A stretch of DNA of 61,617 nucleotides, filler included, from Collodictyon triciliatum (GCA_043381765.1; 5 parts of 5 records of this genome joined end to end with filler, not necessarily neighbours in it), one strand, 5' to 3'. Shown: positions 22,866-38,125, counted from the whole stretch's first letter. Numbers and translations are program-made. Notes: generated by a model from the letters alone, not told the origin.

Positions 22866-25800
22866 CTATTTCCTGCTGGCCTTGGCGCACTGATCCAAAT
22901 ACCACTTCTTGTACTGCGAGAAGTCTCCGTCGAACGATGTAACTGTTTGTGATTGCAGGAGCCACAATTCATCACACGTGGCCGATATCAAATGCTCGTC
23001 GTGGCTTACAATCAACACGCCACCTTCGTACAGACTCAGAGCCTGAATGAGTGCTTGCACAGTATCCAAATCCTACAAAGATGGGTTGCCCTGGTCAGAT
23101 GTTTTCGACGCTTTTCCAAACTCTTTTTTACTTCCATCTTCTGCTATATATGCTTAAAATTGATAGGTGATTGTACCAAGTGATTTGTCGGCTCATCGAG
23201 CAGCATGATGTGCGGCTTGGAATATGCCAGTTTAGCGAATGCGACGCGAGCTTTTTGTCCTCCCTGTAAACTGAGCATGAGTAATATTTTCCCTTATTGT
23301 ATTTTGTTTTTGCTTTTTTCTTGTGGCATTTAATTTCCAATCGATTTTTATGGATTAATAAAATAAAAAAAATTGTTATATCCCGGCATGGAATGACACA
23401 AACAGATAGCGAGTAGATTGGCTGCAGTGCCATCGCCCCAGACACGCCCATGGAACCCAAATGCGCGCGAAGAATCTGTATGATATGACGTGATACACTT
23501 TGTGAGACAAATGGCCACGATAAGGCCAGACTTCTGGCCAAATTTTTTTCGGATTTTTATGAATCAAATATAACCCCAGCACGGAAAGTGGTAAGAGAGC
23601 ATGCAAATAAAAAAATATGAAGATAAAGACCAGAAAGAATTGACTTGATTTATTGGATTTTATTGGATTTTATTTCGTCTCATTTTATCCTGAATATTAA
23701 TACATTATCGATATTATTACGTGTATTATATAGCATATTGAAAATATAACCTGAACAGGGACTTCGGGGTAGGACAACTGCATCATTTCTAGCGGAGTTT
23801 GGCTCATGTTAATCTGGTCCACAAAATGTTGGCTGAAACGCCCAAGACGCAATTTACCATTCCGTAGTACCTTGGTTTGGATAAAGTATTATAACAGTGC
23901 AACAATGTCACGCAAGTATATGCGAATCGCGTAGAAGGTAAGAAGGGGACATTAATCTGTTGTATTTAATGTCCTTTTCTTGAAGTAGAAAAAGAAAATA
24001 AGTGTTTGTCTGTACTATTCCATTCATCGGCTCAAATTCTCCGAAGATGAGGCTCAAGAGCGTGGATTTACCAACTCCATTGGGCCCCACCAGAGCGATT
24101 CGACTCTCTTGGTCAATGTTTAAGTTCAAGTTACGGAACAAGACTCTGCGATAATAATAGAAGGAATAGAGGAAGGTGGAAACGTGTGACATTAACAAAA
24201 CTATTTCAACCCAATATAATTTGAAGTATGATGTAAATTTTCGCAAGGGATTGAATTTAAACCAAAAATATGTTACAATTTTTGGAGCTGTATAAATAAT
24301 TTAAGTTTTATGATAAAGGGAAGAAAATTGTCTTCAAGTAATGATTACTTTTGTGGCGAGTAGCCAAATGTAACATCGATGACTTGAATAAGTGGCTGGT
24401 CGAATTTTGAGTGAATTATGATGATGCAATTGCACAGTATCGTTGAAGGCAAAAATTCTCATATGGCACAATATTTTTCTTTGTAGCTGCCCAATCATTG
24501 TGGATGATAGAAAATTTACTGGCTGCGCTTGCTCGGGATTAGGGAAGTTGAATTGGAAGGCCGGGTCATTGGAAGCTATAAGAGGCAAATACTTTATTCG
24601 TATTAAAGAAGAAAAAAATCGATTCAAGGACTTCACCTTAGAAAAACAAATAATAAAATAAAGAAAAAGAAAAAGAAATGCTTTAGAAAAGAAACAAACT
24701 TTCTGAAAGTGTCATCTTCGACAAAACTTTCAAACGAGACTGTACCATTGATGCTCTTTTGGCATTATAGCGAAAGCGGTCAACAAACTATATGTTTTTT
24801 GAAAGATATGCAATGGTATCAGAACCTGTTGTATTCTAATGTTGCCTATATGGCGTATAGAAAGAGGGCAGACATATGAAAATATACTAAGTTAATTAAA
24901 TATACAGCAATAAGATAAAGAATCAACCTTCTGAATATGTGCTTTCTGGCGCTCTTGTGTTTCAAATGCCCTTGTTTGGCTTTTCAGAACCTCGGCTCTT
25001 TGTTGCTCAAATTCATCATAGTTACCCTAAAGTTTACAGAGATAGTTGAAAATAAGGATATATCAGAATCAAAATGTGAGGAAAATAGTGAGAATATTTT
25101 ATAATAAAATAAAAGTATAACCAGTTGAGTATGAAGCAAACGATGTGATTATAAATTTCAAGTTGGTGGTATGTATGCAAATTCTGATAAAGAAGTGATT
25201 TTTTTTTCAAACTAGACCTTATATCTCTTAATTGTTTTGTCGTGGAAATGCAAAATGTCTGTTACAACACTGTTCAAGAATTCTCGCGCGTGAGACACAA
25301 TAATAAGTGATTTCTTCCAATTCAAAAGATAATCTTCCAGCCACAGCACCGCGTGCAAATCTAGAATTAGAAAATATAGGAGAGAAAAGGAGAGAGAGAA
25401 AAGTCATGTTAGAAATAAACATCAAAGCCTCCCGGCGATGTGCTATATAAATATACTATAAGGCCAAAGAAACTATGATACCAGGGGGGAAAGTGAAAAA
25501 CAGCATGGGATTGAAGAGGATGGGGAAAATTTGGAAATGGAGTAGAGTTACAGTCGGATATAATATACATATACATAATATATTATTCTACCTAAGTGAT
25601 TTGTAGGTTCATCAAGAAGCATGATATCTGGTCCAATAAAAAGCGCACGAGCGAGGGCTATACGCATTCTCCAACCTCCAGAAAATTCCTTTGTGGCTCT
25701 AATATTGAAAATTATAAATATCAACAACGAACAAAAAAAAAAATTGATCGCAAAAATCCACAGAATGATTTCATTTTAAAAAACAAAAGAAAAATTATTG

Positions 25801-26337
25801 CTATTTATATAAAAAGTGAATATGTAAGGTAATCGATTGCGAAAATAGGTATGTTTAGAATCATAAGCGAGAACGTATAATCGATAGGACTGTGACTAAG
25901 TTGCTCCTCCTTTGATGGTTTTGTTTTCTTTTCTTTTCTTTTCTTTTCTTTTGTTTGCTCAAATGAAGTAGGTTGCAGAACCTTTTCTGGTCTTCTGTTG
26001 GAAATCCCAGACCGGCGAGAATAGCTGCCGCACGGGCTGGTGCAGTCGAGGCGTCGATTTCCTCCAATCGCTGGTACACTTCCTTCAGTCTTTCGGACTG
26101 TGTCCGAAAAACAGTAGAGTCAATAGCCATGTTTATGAAAACCGTTTTAATACAAAAGAAAAAAAAGCTATGCGCTGGATGTGAGAAAGGGATCTATAGA
26201 GAAAGTATCTCGAGGTAAATACTAGTAACTCTTTTGGAGAAAATTGGGAATAAGACTGTACTGTCATAACAAAATTGAAAGGAAAAATAAAATAAATTAA
26301 AAAAAAACTTCAGGATCATGTAACAGTGTTGCGCTTC

Positions 26338-26410
<73 letters not shown>

Positions 26411-27485
26411 GTGAGCCGAGATAGAGAGAAACCTGAGCAGCATCTCCTGGCTGTGCCAGAAGTTCCTTTTCCTCTTCCAACAACGCCTCTCTTTCAAAGT
26501 CTGTGCAGAGAACACTCTGAAGAACCGTATCGTCATCACCATCGACCTGTTGCGCGGAGAAAGTTAGGGGGATTAAAAGAAAGAAAGAGGAAAGACCAAC
26601 CATCGCCCAATTACATCATATCATACAAAATCACATCATATCATATTCAAATCCACTGGCACACCCAAGATAAGATAAAGATGGACAAGAGAGAAAAGGG
26701 AGGGGACAAAAGCAGACCTCCTGCTCGATGTGGAGGATCTGCAGGTTCTTTGGGATGCCCGGGAACTCCTTTGCAGCGATGTGCTTGAGCAGGGTGGTCT
26801 TTCCGATGCCGTTGCGGCCGACAAGGCCATACTTGCGGCCGTAGACAAGGGTGAAGTTTGCATCGTGGAGCAGCTGCAGGCCGCCGAGGGCCATGCTGAT
26901 GTTTGTGAAGACGACGTCGCGCATGGCGCCATCGGGCTCGCGCGAGTGGACGACCATGGGGACGTTGCGCAGACGGTCGAGGATTGCGCTGCGCTCCTGC
27001 GCGTCCTCCTTCTGCTGCCGCGTCGTGCGCTTCTCAACCTTGAGCAGCCGCTTCTCGCGCTTGAGCCGCGCACGCAGCGAGCCGTCCTCCAGGTCGCCCT
27101 CGTCCGAGGCCACCACGGCCGCCCCGCCCATCGGCCCGTTGAAGTTGACCGTGGCCTTGAGCGATGCCCGCACGAGACTCTCCACCACACGCTCCTCCTC
27201 CCGCAGCACACGCGCAAGCAGCACCGGTGCCCCGAGCACATCGGCCGCCTCGCCTCTGCCCTGGCCTTTGCCCGCCTCCTTGCCTTTGTCTCGCAACCGC
27301 CCCAGCAGCTCCCGTCCAAGCTGCGCCCCGGCGGCTTCGCTCGCTACAAGCCCGCTCCCTGCAAGCAGCGCCCCGACGCCCTCTGCAATCTCCGCCTCGC
27401 TCGCGCTCTCGTCTTCTAGGAGCGAGCTCACGTACTCGGCAAGGTCGGCATCCTCGGCCACTCCTGGTAGGGCCTGCTTCAGCAG
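22866..27485 (-). CDS. ABCF3: ABC-F subfamily ATPase, ABCF3/GCN20-like; first exon lost at contig end
   Basis: Two ABC domains and no TM segments: [60 protein letters not shown] and [13 protein letters not shown]. The N-terminal extension contains [11 protein letters not shown]. Confidence 0.9.
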
Positions 27486-27634
27486 CTGTGCGGGCGTGTT
27501 TGTTTGTGTGTGTGTCAGGGGGGGGGTCTTTTTCTTTTTTCTTTTTCTTTTTCTTTTTTCTTTTTCTTTTTTCTTTTTCTTTTTTCTTTTTCTTTTTCTT
27601 TTTCTTTTTTCTTTTTCTTTTTCTTTTTTCTTTT

Positions 27635-27734
27635 NNNNNNNNNNNNNNNNNNNNNNNNNNNNNNNNNNNNNNNNNNNNTTAATTAATTAANNNNNNNNNN
27701 NNNNNNNNNNNNNNNNNNNNNNNNNNNNNNNNNN
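27635..27734. other. Artificial contig spacer
   Basis: Same 100-bp structure; ABCF3 is truncated here. Confidence 0.97.
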
Positions 27735-28011
27735 GAAAAAGAAAAAGAAAAAGAAAAAGAAAAAGAAAAAGAAAAAGAAAAAGAAAAAGAAAAAGAAAAA
27801 GAAAAAGAAAAAGAAAAGAAAAAGAAAAAGAAAAGAAGAAAAAGAAAAAGAAAAAGAAAAGAAAAAGAAAAAGAAAAAAAGAAAAAGAAAAAGAAAAAAG
27901 AAAAAAGAAAGAGACAAAGACAAAGAAAAAGAGAAAGCGGAATAAAAAAAAATCTTCGGATTCGTATTGGTCGGTTACTTATAACGACGTCTCATTCACA
28001 ACCAACAGGCT

Positions 28012-29220
28012 ATGGGTGGACCGGGACGTCCGACCATCAACACTTCAAAAGGATCAGCCATTCCAGAGTCCATCGATGTTACGGCAACGACACCCACATC
28101 GGTCATATCTGCCTCAAGCACGACGGGAACGCACCATCAAATGGACACACCTTCAAAGCGGCCTGATTCCAGTTCATTTACCTCTAATATCATCGAAATG
28201 ATGGAGAACGAGGACATTGTAAGATATTCTGAAGTTTGTAGAAGTTGGCTATCTGCGTATCGATTGCATATATCATCACAAGATTACATCCTGTACAATG
28301 AATCGAACACATATGATTTTCTCGTATTTTATTTTTATCGGACAGAAAGTTCACGGGTTTGGGACGATCGACATTACGACAGAGGATGTTAACTTTGACG
28401 GAATGGACGGTATTCTGGCCTTTTCTCATTTATTTTATTTTATTTGCTTCATTAGTTTCAAACTTCTCATTCATTGTCTCTCTTTACTGTTAAATTATCC
28501 AAAACCAAAGTTTTATCTCTTGCATTCGCTGAACTCATCTTCAATCCACATAATTAAGAGGATCTGCGCAATTTCCACGAAAATGTGGATGTGCGAGATG
28601 CCCTGGCAAAGGTTTTTGTTTTATACGAGCCTTTCAAGACCGTTGCCTGGCCAAAATTAATAGCGACTATTGCAAAGCATAATTATAATAGCCTAACAAT
28701 TCATTAAGGGAGTTGACCTGAGAGAATACGCTAAACAAATCGAAAAGGATCTTCGAACTGCTGAAAAAGAATCAATTCAAGACTGTAAAGCCTTTAATAA
28801 TATATCACCCTTCCACATAGATATCAATATTTTTCAATCGAAAAAAGGGAAATGTTATATATATATATCCACATTTAAAATCAAGGATGTACCCTGTAGA
28901 CATCCATGAGAGTAATCACTTGGCAACTCTTCATCAAGAAATTCAAGCGTGTGAGACTATCTTAACAAAGATGGAGACTATGCTCTCAGCTTTTCAAGTA
29001 TTGTTGAAATTGAACAAAATTCTCATTTTCCCGTATCGTATAAATTTAAGCAATCTACAAACGTATATTCATATTCAATAGTCAAGCCTCGGAAATATCA
29101 GCATTGAAATCAAACAGCTCCAAGATGAGTCTCAGTCCATGAATATGTCATTGACCAATCGAAAGGTAACCTTTTTCTAACCATGATGAATATTAATGTA
29201 GCCTTTTTATCATTTGTAGC

Positions 29221-29251
<31 letters not shown>

Positions 29252-31451
29252 ATTTATGAATGGCACTAACAGAAAGTGGAAGAAGACCTTGTCCATTTTA
29301 TTGAAAAGCTCGCTATCCCTCGTTCCTTTATTAAGTAATAGAGCACCAAAACATTTATGTACTCTAATGAAGTCTATATTTCGACTCATACAAGCTGGGC
29401 CAATTTCTTTTATTTACATACACACTATAATTTCAGGATCATATGCGAAAATCCTATCGATGCGACATATATTGAGGAATTAAAAAAACTTGATGAAAAG
29501 CTCAAATTCTGCTCTTCCACAGTTTGTATTCATCAATCTAATTCTCTATTTCCAATTATATACCTTGATTATTGTTAAAGTTACACATTATTTTCTCTCT
29601 TTTTTTATATTATAAATAAATATATTAAGAAGCAACAATAACTTCTTGTAACTCCAAAATGAAGGAGTCGAAGGCTACCCGAGACGTTTACCCCGAGCTG
29701 GAGAAACTCAAAATCAGGGTTCGTCCCCCCCCCCCAATAATAATAATAAATAAAATAAAATAAAACAAAACAAAACAAAACAAAACAAAACAAAACAAAA
29801 CAAAACAAAAAAAACAAAACAAAACAAAACAAATATAAAGAAACAAGACCAAGTGTTTATTATAATAGTATGAAACGTTTAATTAAAAAATCAGCTCCCC
29901 GTAACGGTCATGGTCGTAACATTATATGTTGGTATTGATGAGGGCAGTTGCTTATTGTAAATACTTTTGTAAACATCACATCCAGGCCAGCGCAAAAAAC
30001 CGTGAGCACCTTCTTGGATTGTTGGAAAAACTACGTCGTTCTACTACGAATATTCACGAGTTTCAGAATAGTAGCCTTCTGAACTCCAAATATTTATGCC
30101 AATTTCTATCATCACATCATCCGGAGTATGCCAAAGAAGTAAGACCATTATCGACATTCCTCCTTAGTAGAGCACCCCTTTTGAATCCGTAAAACATGCC
30201 ATTTTGGTGACAAAAAATCATAACTTGAAAGAAGGAATAAAAAAAACTACCTCAATAATTAGTCAATTACAAATATTGATATTGGAATTGATGATGATAA
30301 TAAGTTTATTTCCTTTTTATTTTTATTATAATCTTAACACAACAACTTGCGTAGGTTCAAGACACGTACGCAGATATAATGTCGAAATATTACCTGGCTG
30401 TTTCAAAGAAACACATAGCCGCATCAAAGTCATCTGTTTGTAGTTTTCGGATAAAAATAACAACATATAAATCAAAAGATGTCAGAATGTGCAAATACTC
30501 AATTTTAAAATCCAAATTTAAGGTCGAGGTTATTTCCAGGACCGATTTAATCGGTTCAGAGGAGAGTCAATTTAAATGTATGATCTATTTAAATGACTTT
30601 AAGAATTTTTTGATTCCTTCGTACAGTTCATCCTTTACTCACTCCAACAATTATATTATATCAATAATACCGAAGCATTCATTTCCGGCAAATCGATTGA
30701 AAAAGGAAAACACACGGTTTTTTCGCTTAACGGAAGAGACAAAGTTATCAAAGGTACGCACTATAAACCCGCTCTGTATACATTCTTTTAGTCTTTCGGA
30801 ATATCTTTGCCACAATATTCTAAAACATGGTCTTACTTATGATGGAATATTTGGTTTTCTGTCTTAAAAATTAGAAAATTCTGTGGATATCACTTCACCT
30901 TCTTCCGCTGCCGCACTCCAAAAGTATCCTTATGAGGTTGCACATACGCTTGAATCATCTGTCTTTCCATTGACCTATTAATTGGTTTTTGTTATATATT
31001 GTATTTTATCATGAATCGCAATTGATCGATTACTGGTTAAATGGCAACAATTTATATATGTAAGATTTCAATAAAAAAAAAAATTAAAATTCAACACCAG
31101 GTTTCCTTCAAGAGCATTCAATCAGCCTTTTTGCACAACGCTACCAAAGGTTCGCTGCAATTGATATCACATATTGATAATATTTAGAAAGTCACCATTA
31201 CTCCGCTATAACATATACACTGTCTCCTTATATTATGAAAATATTTAATGTTTATTTGTAACAAAATAAAATTGCTCAATATTTGAATAATCCCTGGCTT
31301 TAATGGCTGATTAGGTTTAATATTTCACTATAATTGTTATATCGATAGAGTATGGATTCATCATGCAGCTCTTTGGACAGGCCGGTTTTTTCAATGACGT
31401 TTTTGGGAAATCTATCTCCGCATATCAAGTATTTCTTGATTTATTCGTGTC

Positions 31452-31543
<92 letters not shown>

Positions 31544-33650
31544 TGCTTCAAATTAAATTCTCATGAGGATGTGGTCGCGGTTGTGGATGCCTCAAGAACA
31601 CTTTTGATCAAAAGATATGAATGCTATTATATTTAGATCATCATAATTTTCTAATTACCTTGTCTAGGAATATCTCAGAGATTACTTGCCGACATCCTTT
31701 GGTACTTTTTTGAATATATTCTGTTTCCATTAATCACAAACTGGGAATTTTGCTAACCTTTTTTTTTTATTTACATCTTTTATTTATACATCGCTTAATC
31801 ATGATTTTTTTATGTAAATTAGACTGCATTTCCATATTTTTGATGATTTGCATCATGCATGACCAACAAAAGCAAATATCTGAGGAAGGAATTGCTGCTT
31901 TGAGTAATTATCATTCAACATTAAATTCTAATTTGACGTGGTATATATATATCAATAATTTTTATCAATTTGAAATTGACTACCCATCCAATCTTATAGA
32001 TTCCTATTTCGATGGTTCAATCATTCAATTATGGACTCGATTCAAGACAACATTCGACCTAAATATGGTTGATCTTACATTATTGATATGGTTTCTTTCA
32101 TTCTTATTCTGGTAAATAACGTCTGCCGATATTTCTTTTCATTTTCAGGATAGTGTTAAAACCCTACAACCACGCTCCGTTTGGAGAAACGACACTTCTG
32201 TTCATCACGTAAATACATACAATACCATCAATCTCTATTCTTTCCATGACACTATATTGATCATCGAAACCATTAGATTGCAAAAAAATACGGAGACTTT
32301 GCAGCCTCACTCCTTTCCATCAAGGACCTGTCAAACAATGAAGGAATGCTCCTGCAGAATATCAAAATGCTTCAGAAAGAAATGGACAAGATTTTACTCA
32401 AGTACGACCCAGCACGATGAAGGCATCATTTCATTTCAAACTACATCAAACCCAAAATATCTATCTAGGATTTCAGAGTGTTTTCCAGTCAAGAAGCATC
32501 AGATCATTTTCCTGATTAATAACTATGATGGCATCCTGATGAATTTGGAGGTTTAATCTTTGCTCACCCCTACCTTTTTTACTTGTCAATTTATTGATTG
32601 ATGAATTATATAAAATCACAAGATTTTCATGTGTGTTTACTTTTAAAAATGTGGGGAAATAATTTCATTCGTAAGCACAGGAGGCTTCTGTTCCCCAACA
32701 AGACGCGAAAATGGTATCAGACCTGCTCTTACAACACACCACGGTTTGCTTTTCTNNNNNNNNNNNNNNNNNNNNNNNNNNNNNNNNNNNNNNNNNNNNN
32801 NNNNNNNNNNNNNNNNNNNNNNNNNNCACACACACACACACACACACACACACAACACACACACACACACCTCGTTATCTCATCATATTTGAAGAATCAT
32901 AAGCTAAGTATTGAACACAGAGATACGCGGAAGACGTTCTTCGAGAATTGTTTGGCCCTCTCATTGACTATGTCTTGGTGAGTGTAAAATGTAATTATAC
33001 TTTAGGCGCTGTGATATTTCACATCTCATCACTGACTAGTGTTTTATCGTTGATGATTTGTTTGATTGTTTGATTGTTTGATTGTTTGATTGTTTGATTG
33101 TTTAATTGTTTGATTGCTCTCACTAGACCACTGAGCCTCTCCCAAGTGTTCCTGCAGATAATTCATGTAAAGAGACATCTATAACCACAAACACATTTGT
33201 ATTCTCTTGTCCCTGCCGTATGTCGCATTACGCAGGGATTCGCTGATCTTAATATTACTTATGCCTCGTCAGCGCGAGCACAACAGCTTGTGAAAGACTT
33301 TGGGGCGAATTGGACGAAGGTTTTTTTTTTTTTAATATCTTGCATATCATCGTTTTTAAAATGAGGCATCTAGACTTTTCATATACATGTATAAAGACTA
33401 TGTTTTTTTATTCCAATTAACTGTATGAGTTTTACATATCTATCATACTCTCAGCCAATATGTATAATATCATGATTTAGAATATTGGAATGTTGAGCTC
33501 CGCAACACAGCAACACTTCCCCAATCCAAAAAATAGCGCAGAGGTTTTGGGGCTGATTTTTGCCCAGTTGATTTCGTATTACACCCGATTCTTCAACCTG
33601 GTTCGGAAGCTATTCCCAAAGGTTATCTTTTACTGTTGATTTCCGTTGAT

Positions 33651-33687
<37 letters not shown>

Positions 33688-33905
33688 CCATTTCGATCAT
33701 ATATACCCTCCCATGCGCAATAGTTGCCCTTTATTTGATATCAATAATGACATATATATTCACAAAACGTCAACCCATATGCCTCATCTAATATAACACT
33801 CCTTCCACACAATTACGTCTGGTACAGGAGGGATTTATTCGTGAGTTAATCCCAACGAATTCCGTTGCCTTCGAGGCCCGCAAACACCATCGCCCTACAG
33901 CTTAG
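28012..33905 (+). CDS. VPS52: GARP/EARP complex subunit Vps52
   Basis: Spliced peptides DALAKGVDLREYAKQIEKDL..ESIQDY, LHQEIQACETILTKMETMLSAFQSSLGNISIEIKQLQDES, DVYPELEKLKIRA and IFLINNYDGIL. Stop TAG at 33903-33905; internal N gap 32756-32826. Confidence 0.92.
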
Positions 33906-34297
33906 CCTCTCGCTCAACGGGACTCATATCCAATCAAAAAAAAAGAGAACAAATAATTGGCTTGCGTTGACAATCAAATAAACCCTCACTATTCTGAGTC
34001 ATTGAATATCCAACTCAACCCATTTGTATCTACCAGAGACCTTTCTCATATTCAGATAGTTGTGCAAGAGAACGGTCAACCTAGTGTTTGAGAACAAAGG
34101 AAGTTGCATCGTGCTGGGGAAAAAATAACAGGGAACGACTCCAAAGGTCATTGACCACGGAGCGAAGTCCCTTTCCTCTTTTTTTTCTTCCTTGGCTTTT
34201 CCCCTACTATTCTCCGGTATCATATGTGCTTAGATCCGAAACCATAAAAAAAGAAAATAAGAAACCGTATTAGATATCATTTCTACCTTGTTTCTAC

Positions 34298-34298
<1 letters not shown>

Positions 34299-34394
<96 letters not shown>
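34299..34394. repeat. (TATC)n microsatellite
   Basis: Direct reading. Confidence 0.95.
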
Positions 34395-34448
34395 GCAGCT
34401 TAAATTGGCTGTTGTTTTGCCTCGTAGTTTCCCATGGCGGATGTGATT

Positions 34449-37400
34449 TCATTCATCGAGGTTGTCGGTTCGAGAGAATCTATCAAACCCAGTATTTTCT
34501 CCAGCAATCCTTCTCCGACACGCAGCAATGACATCAACAGACATCTCCATCACTCGTTCGAAGGGTGTGGCGCGATACCTATAGCGCATTATTTTATTTT
34601 ATTTTATTACATGCGTGAATTGAACACAGAGTCTCTCGGAAATTGCTGCAAGATGTATCAGTGCAAGCCAGAATGCTCTCTCTCTCTTATACTAACGAGA
34701 CTTACTTTCCCCAAAACTGACTTCTGTTCCAGTCCTGTGCAGGGAATTTAGGACTGGGCAAGCCGTGGAAGATGCGGGCTACAGACCGGCCGGTCTCCAA
34801 AATATTCACATTCTCTGATATGAATACACGCAAATCACTCTCCAGGAATTTGCTGTCATATTGGATTATGATTAATATTTATTTTATTTTACTTTTTTGC
34901 TAAAAATAAATAAATGTAGAAGTGAATAAAAGCTCAGGTAAGGAGAGCTTGAAATAAAATCATAGTAGAATGGTGATAACAAAAAAGAAAATTGTATGTT
35001 ATTTTATCGTATCTTAATATAAAAATATGGTTTATTGTACTCTTCTTCAAACACGGTCTCTGGGGTTGGAAAGGTGTCTATTTGTTCGCCTTCAAAGTAT
35101 TCAGAGAGTTCATCCCATATATTCAGTTTGCTTGAAGCTGTATTCGTTGTGAATAATTAAAATGTCCCAGCAAAATCCAAGTTGGAAATAACGTTTCAAT
35201 TTTTCAGTTCTCGTATTCTTTATAAAAGTGTCAGGAAAAATACCAATCAATATTATGGAAAACCTGCGCCAGATGATGACACGTCGGGTAATGCAAAGTT
35301 CGAAAGAGTAGAAAAACATGCATTCAGTTTGTTGACAGCAATACGCTCGATGTTCTACCAGGGAAAGTAAAAGGAGAAGGAAAGTTACGATATATTTGAA
35401 TATTGAAAGAAAGAAAGAAAGAAGGAAAGAAGGAAGATAGATGTTGTATATTTCAATTCATGGTGTTTATTTGTTATATGTAAAGTAGGATATCTGAAAT
35501 GAAGTATAGATTGATTATGTATCGCACGGTGCTCGTTGCCGTAATATCGAAAAAAAAAAAAAAAACATGTACCTGCAGTTTAATAAAAAGAGACTCCGCA
35601 ATGACAACAAAGCTGTCATGTGTTTCTTTCCATCGGATAAAATGTGACTGGTTGCTTGTTTCTAGTTTAATCTCTTGCCGTGCCTAAGGGTGCAGAGGAA
35701 TGAGGTAAATACTCGATCTCATCATATGTTTATGTTCGTCAATTTTAAAGTCTCTCGGAGAGGAAAATATACGCACATAATTTATATTTATATTTCAAAA
35801 AGAAATACAATATATCTACTAAATATCAGAATAAATTACCTGCAACATGCGTAAATGTTGTCTGATTTCATGTATCTCAATACTGCTTCTGGAAGATGCT
35901 TTTATTATGTCGAAAATGTATGCTTTTGTAGTCTTCTTACTTATGGACAACAATGCTGCCATTAATTTGTCTCTCTCGATAAATTGGTCCGGGTGGGTTT
36001 TATAGAAGCTTATTTCATAGATTGAATAGTCGCCTTTTTTTTTTTGAATTTTTTTGAAATAAATTAAATGATTAAATGATGAGGTAAGTATTTTGATTTT
36101 ATTCACTTTATTTTTTCTCGATGTGGAGTGCGACATCATGAACCAACCACATATAATATCTTTTTGTTGCATGAATATATACTTAGAGATGTTATGGCAC
36201 ATATAATTTATTTTTTTTTTTAAAAAAAAAAAAACTAGACGAAAAAACTGCGAACATGATATTATTTCGATGAAATTGTCCGCTTCCATCAAACATAAAA
36301 TAGTCGATAAGACTTCTGCTTTGACACCAAACGCATTTTCCGTCTCAGCAATTGATATTGCAGATACTAGATGATAATTGGTGATTTATAGTATTACCAT
36401 TCACTGCATGAAAATCATTTTCAATAAATCATTTGAAATAAGCAAAAAAAAAATAAATAAATAATACAGTAAATAAAATAAAACTAACAACAATAAACGA
36501 TTAACTAGCCAAAAAAATATGTAATTGTCTTGTAGGTTTACTATTTATACATTTATCTGCTGAGCGATCTTTTTCCATTAAAAATTTGATCAGTTTTTCT
36601 ACTTGGACTAAATGTAATGAAGAAATATTTTACATTATGAAATAAATTTTGAAAACAACCTTTAATACAATCGAATGATTTATACAAGAATTTTGAAAGA
36701 GCAAGATGAATTTGTACATACTGTAATCAACCATATCGGAATGGGATAAACTATGCAAATCTATAAAATCTTGAGGGCTAACAATAGTGTAGCAGTAAGA
36801 AGGGTTGTTATCTCGCCCACTACGACCGATTTCCTAACAAAAGCGAGTCAATTTCATTTTAATAGAGAAGGAAATAGAGAAGACGACAAGCAGAAACCAT
36901 ACATATATGTAATGATCAATAGCGCACGCTGACTTTGATTTAATAAAAGAATTTCAATTAAAAATTCATGTCAAATTAAATCAAAGTTAATGATAATGAT
37001 AATATAATGATGATAATAATAGAGACTTGTATAAAATTCTCAAGGCTCTTGGGAATGTCATAGTGAATAACCCCACGAATATCTTGTTTATCAATGCCCA
37101 TTCCAAACGCAATTGTAGCAACTAGAATAGGAATCCTTTTTTGTTTCAATATTTGAATTTTTTAGAAGAGTTTAAACAAAAAAACTTTGAGGACTTGGAT
37201 AGAGCAACAATTTATGTTGACATTTACAAAATTTTGAACAATTTTCAAAAAGGTAGGTATCGCCCCAGTAAATGAATATAGTAGAAAGGAAATAACATAC
37301 TTATTTGTCATGAACATTCGCTGAGCATAAGTCCTGTCCTTGGGAGATTTTCCGGAATGATAACTCGCAGCCTGATACCCATTCTCCCGCAAGAAATTCA

Positions 37401-37917
37401 CAACTTCGTCACACGTGAACTGTAAATCAAATAAAAGATTATTATGCATTGACCAAAAAGAAGCAAAAACATCGCCAATGTGACTGAACCTGTCTCATAC
37501 AATACACTATAATTGGGGGAGAAGCAATAAACTCTGCAGTCGATAGAATCTCCATCAATTTGTCTCTTTTGCTTAAGTGATTCAATTTGTTGTTTTCATA
37601 AGTAATATATTTTCAAATTAACTAGCTAGCTAGCAAACCAAAGCCAACATCCCCACCATCTTGCACAAAATCGAAAGGAAGAAAAAAAGTTTTCAAATTG
37701 AGAACAGAATATGTAAATTCTAAAGACAGCTTAATTTGAAAAGGATATGTATATTAGAAATTATTTAATGTAAAAAGGTATGCCTGTTCGAACCTGTTTG
37801 TGTGCTGCACAACCCGAATTTGTAGATTCGGCCGAATCACTCCATAGCTTAAAATGTTATCTTTGTGAATGCCCAGATTGTATGCGATTGAATTCATCGT
37901 TTTCTTCGTGGCCGTGG
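34449..37917 (-). CDS. RECQL4: RecQ helicase, RECQL4-like (3' half; 5' part lost at contig end)
   Basis: ATAT motif [55 protein letters not shown], and C-terminal [27 protein letters not shown] typical of RECQL4. Confidence 0.85.
37620..37689 (+). mobile_element. Short LINE 3'-end insertion in a RECQL4 intron
   Basis: GCTAGCAAACCAAAGCCAACATCCCCACCATCTTGCACAAAATCGAAAGGAAGAAAAAAA matches the LINE tail. 10-bp direct repeat TTTTCAAATT at 37610-37619 and 37690-37699. Confidence 0.75.
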
Positions 37918-38125
37918 CTTTACATTATCAACAAAATTTAAGAAAAGAAAAGAAAAGAAAAGAAAAGAAAAGAAAAGAAAAGGTAGAATCAATTGAAGGA
38001 TAAGAGATGATCTAACCAAACTATTTTTCATTCTATTTTAATTTCTAAAAAAAAAAAAAAAAAAAAAAAAAGAAAAATGTTAAAAAAAAAAAAAGGGGGA
38101 AAAAAAAATTTTTTTATTTTTTAAA

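Noticed and set aside
26270-26308. Seventh short LINE tail (CAAAATTGAAAGGAAAAATAAAA)
   Set aside because: The similarity is short and A-rich and no clear TSD is visible, so it was not counted.
26411-27690. Overlapping plus-strand and alternate-frame ORFs of 125-279 aa
   Set aside because: Shadow ORFs of the GC-rich ABCF3 exon, where stop codons are rare.
27485-28012. Head-to-head ABCF3/VPS52 bidirectional promoter
   Set aside because: An artificial spacer lies between them, so the adjacency is not real. The same applies to TMEM131/XPO6.
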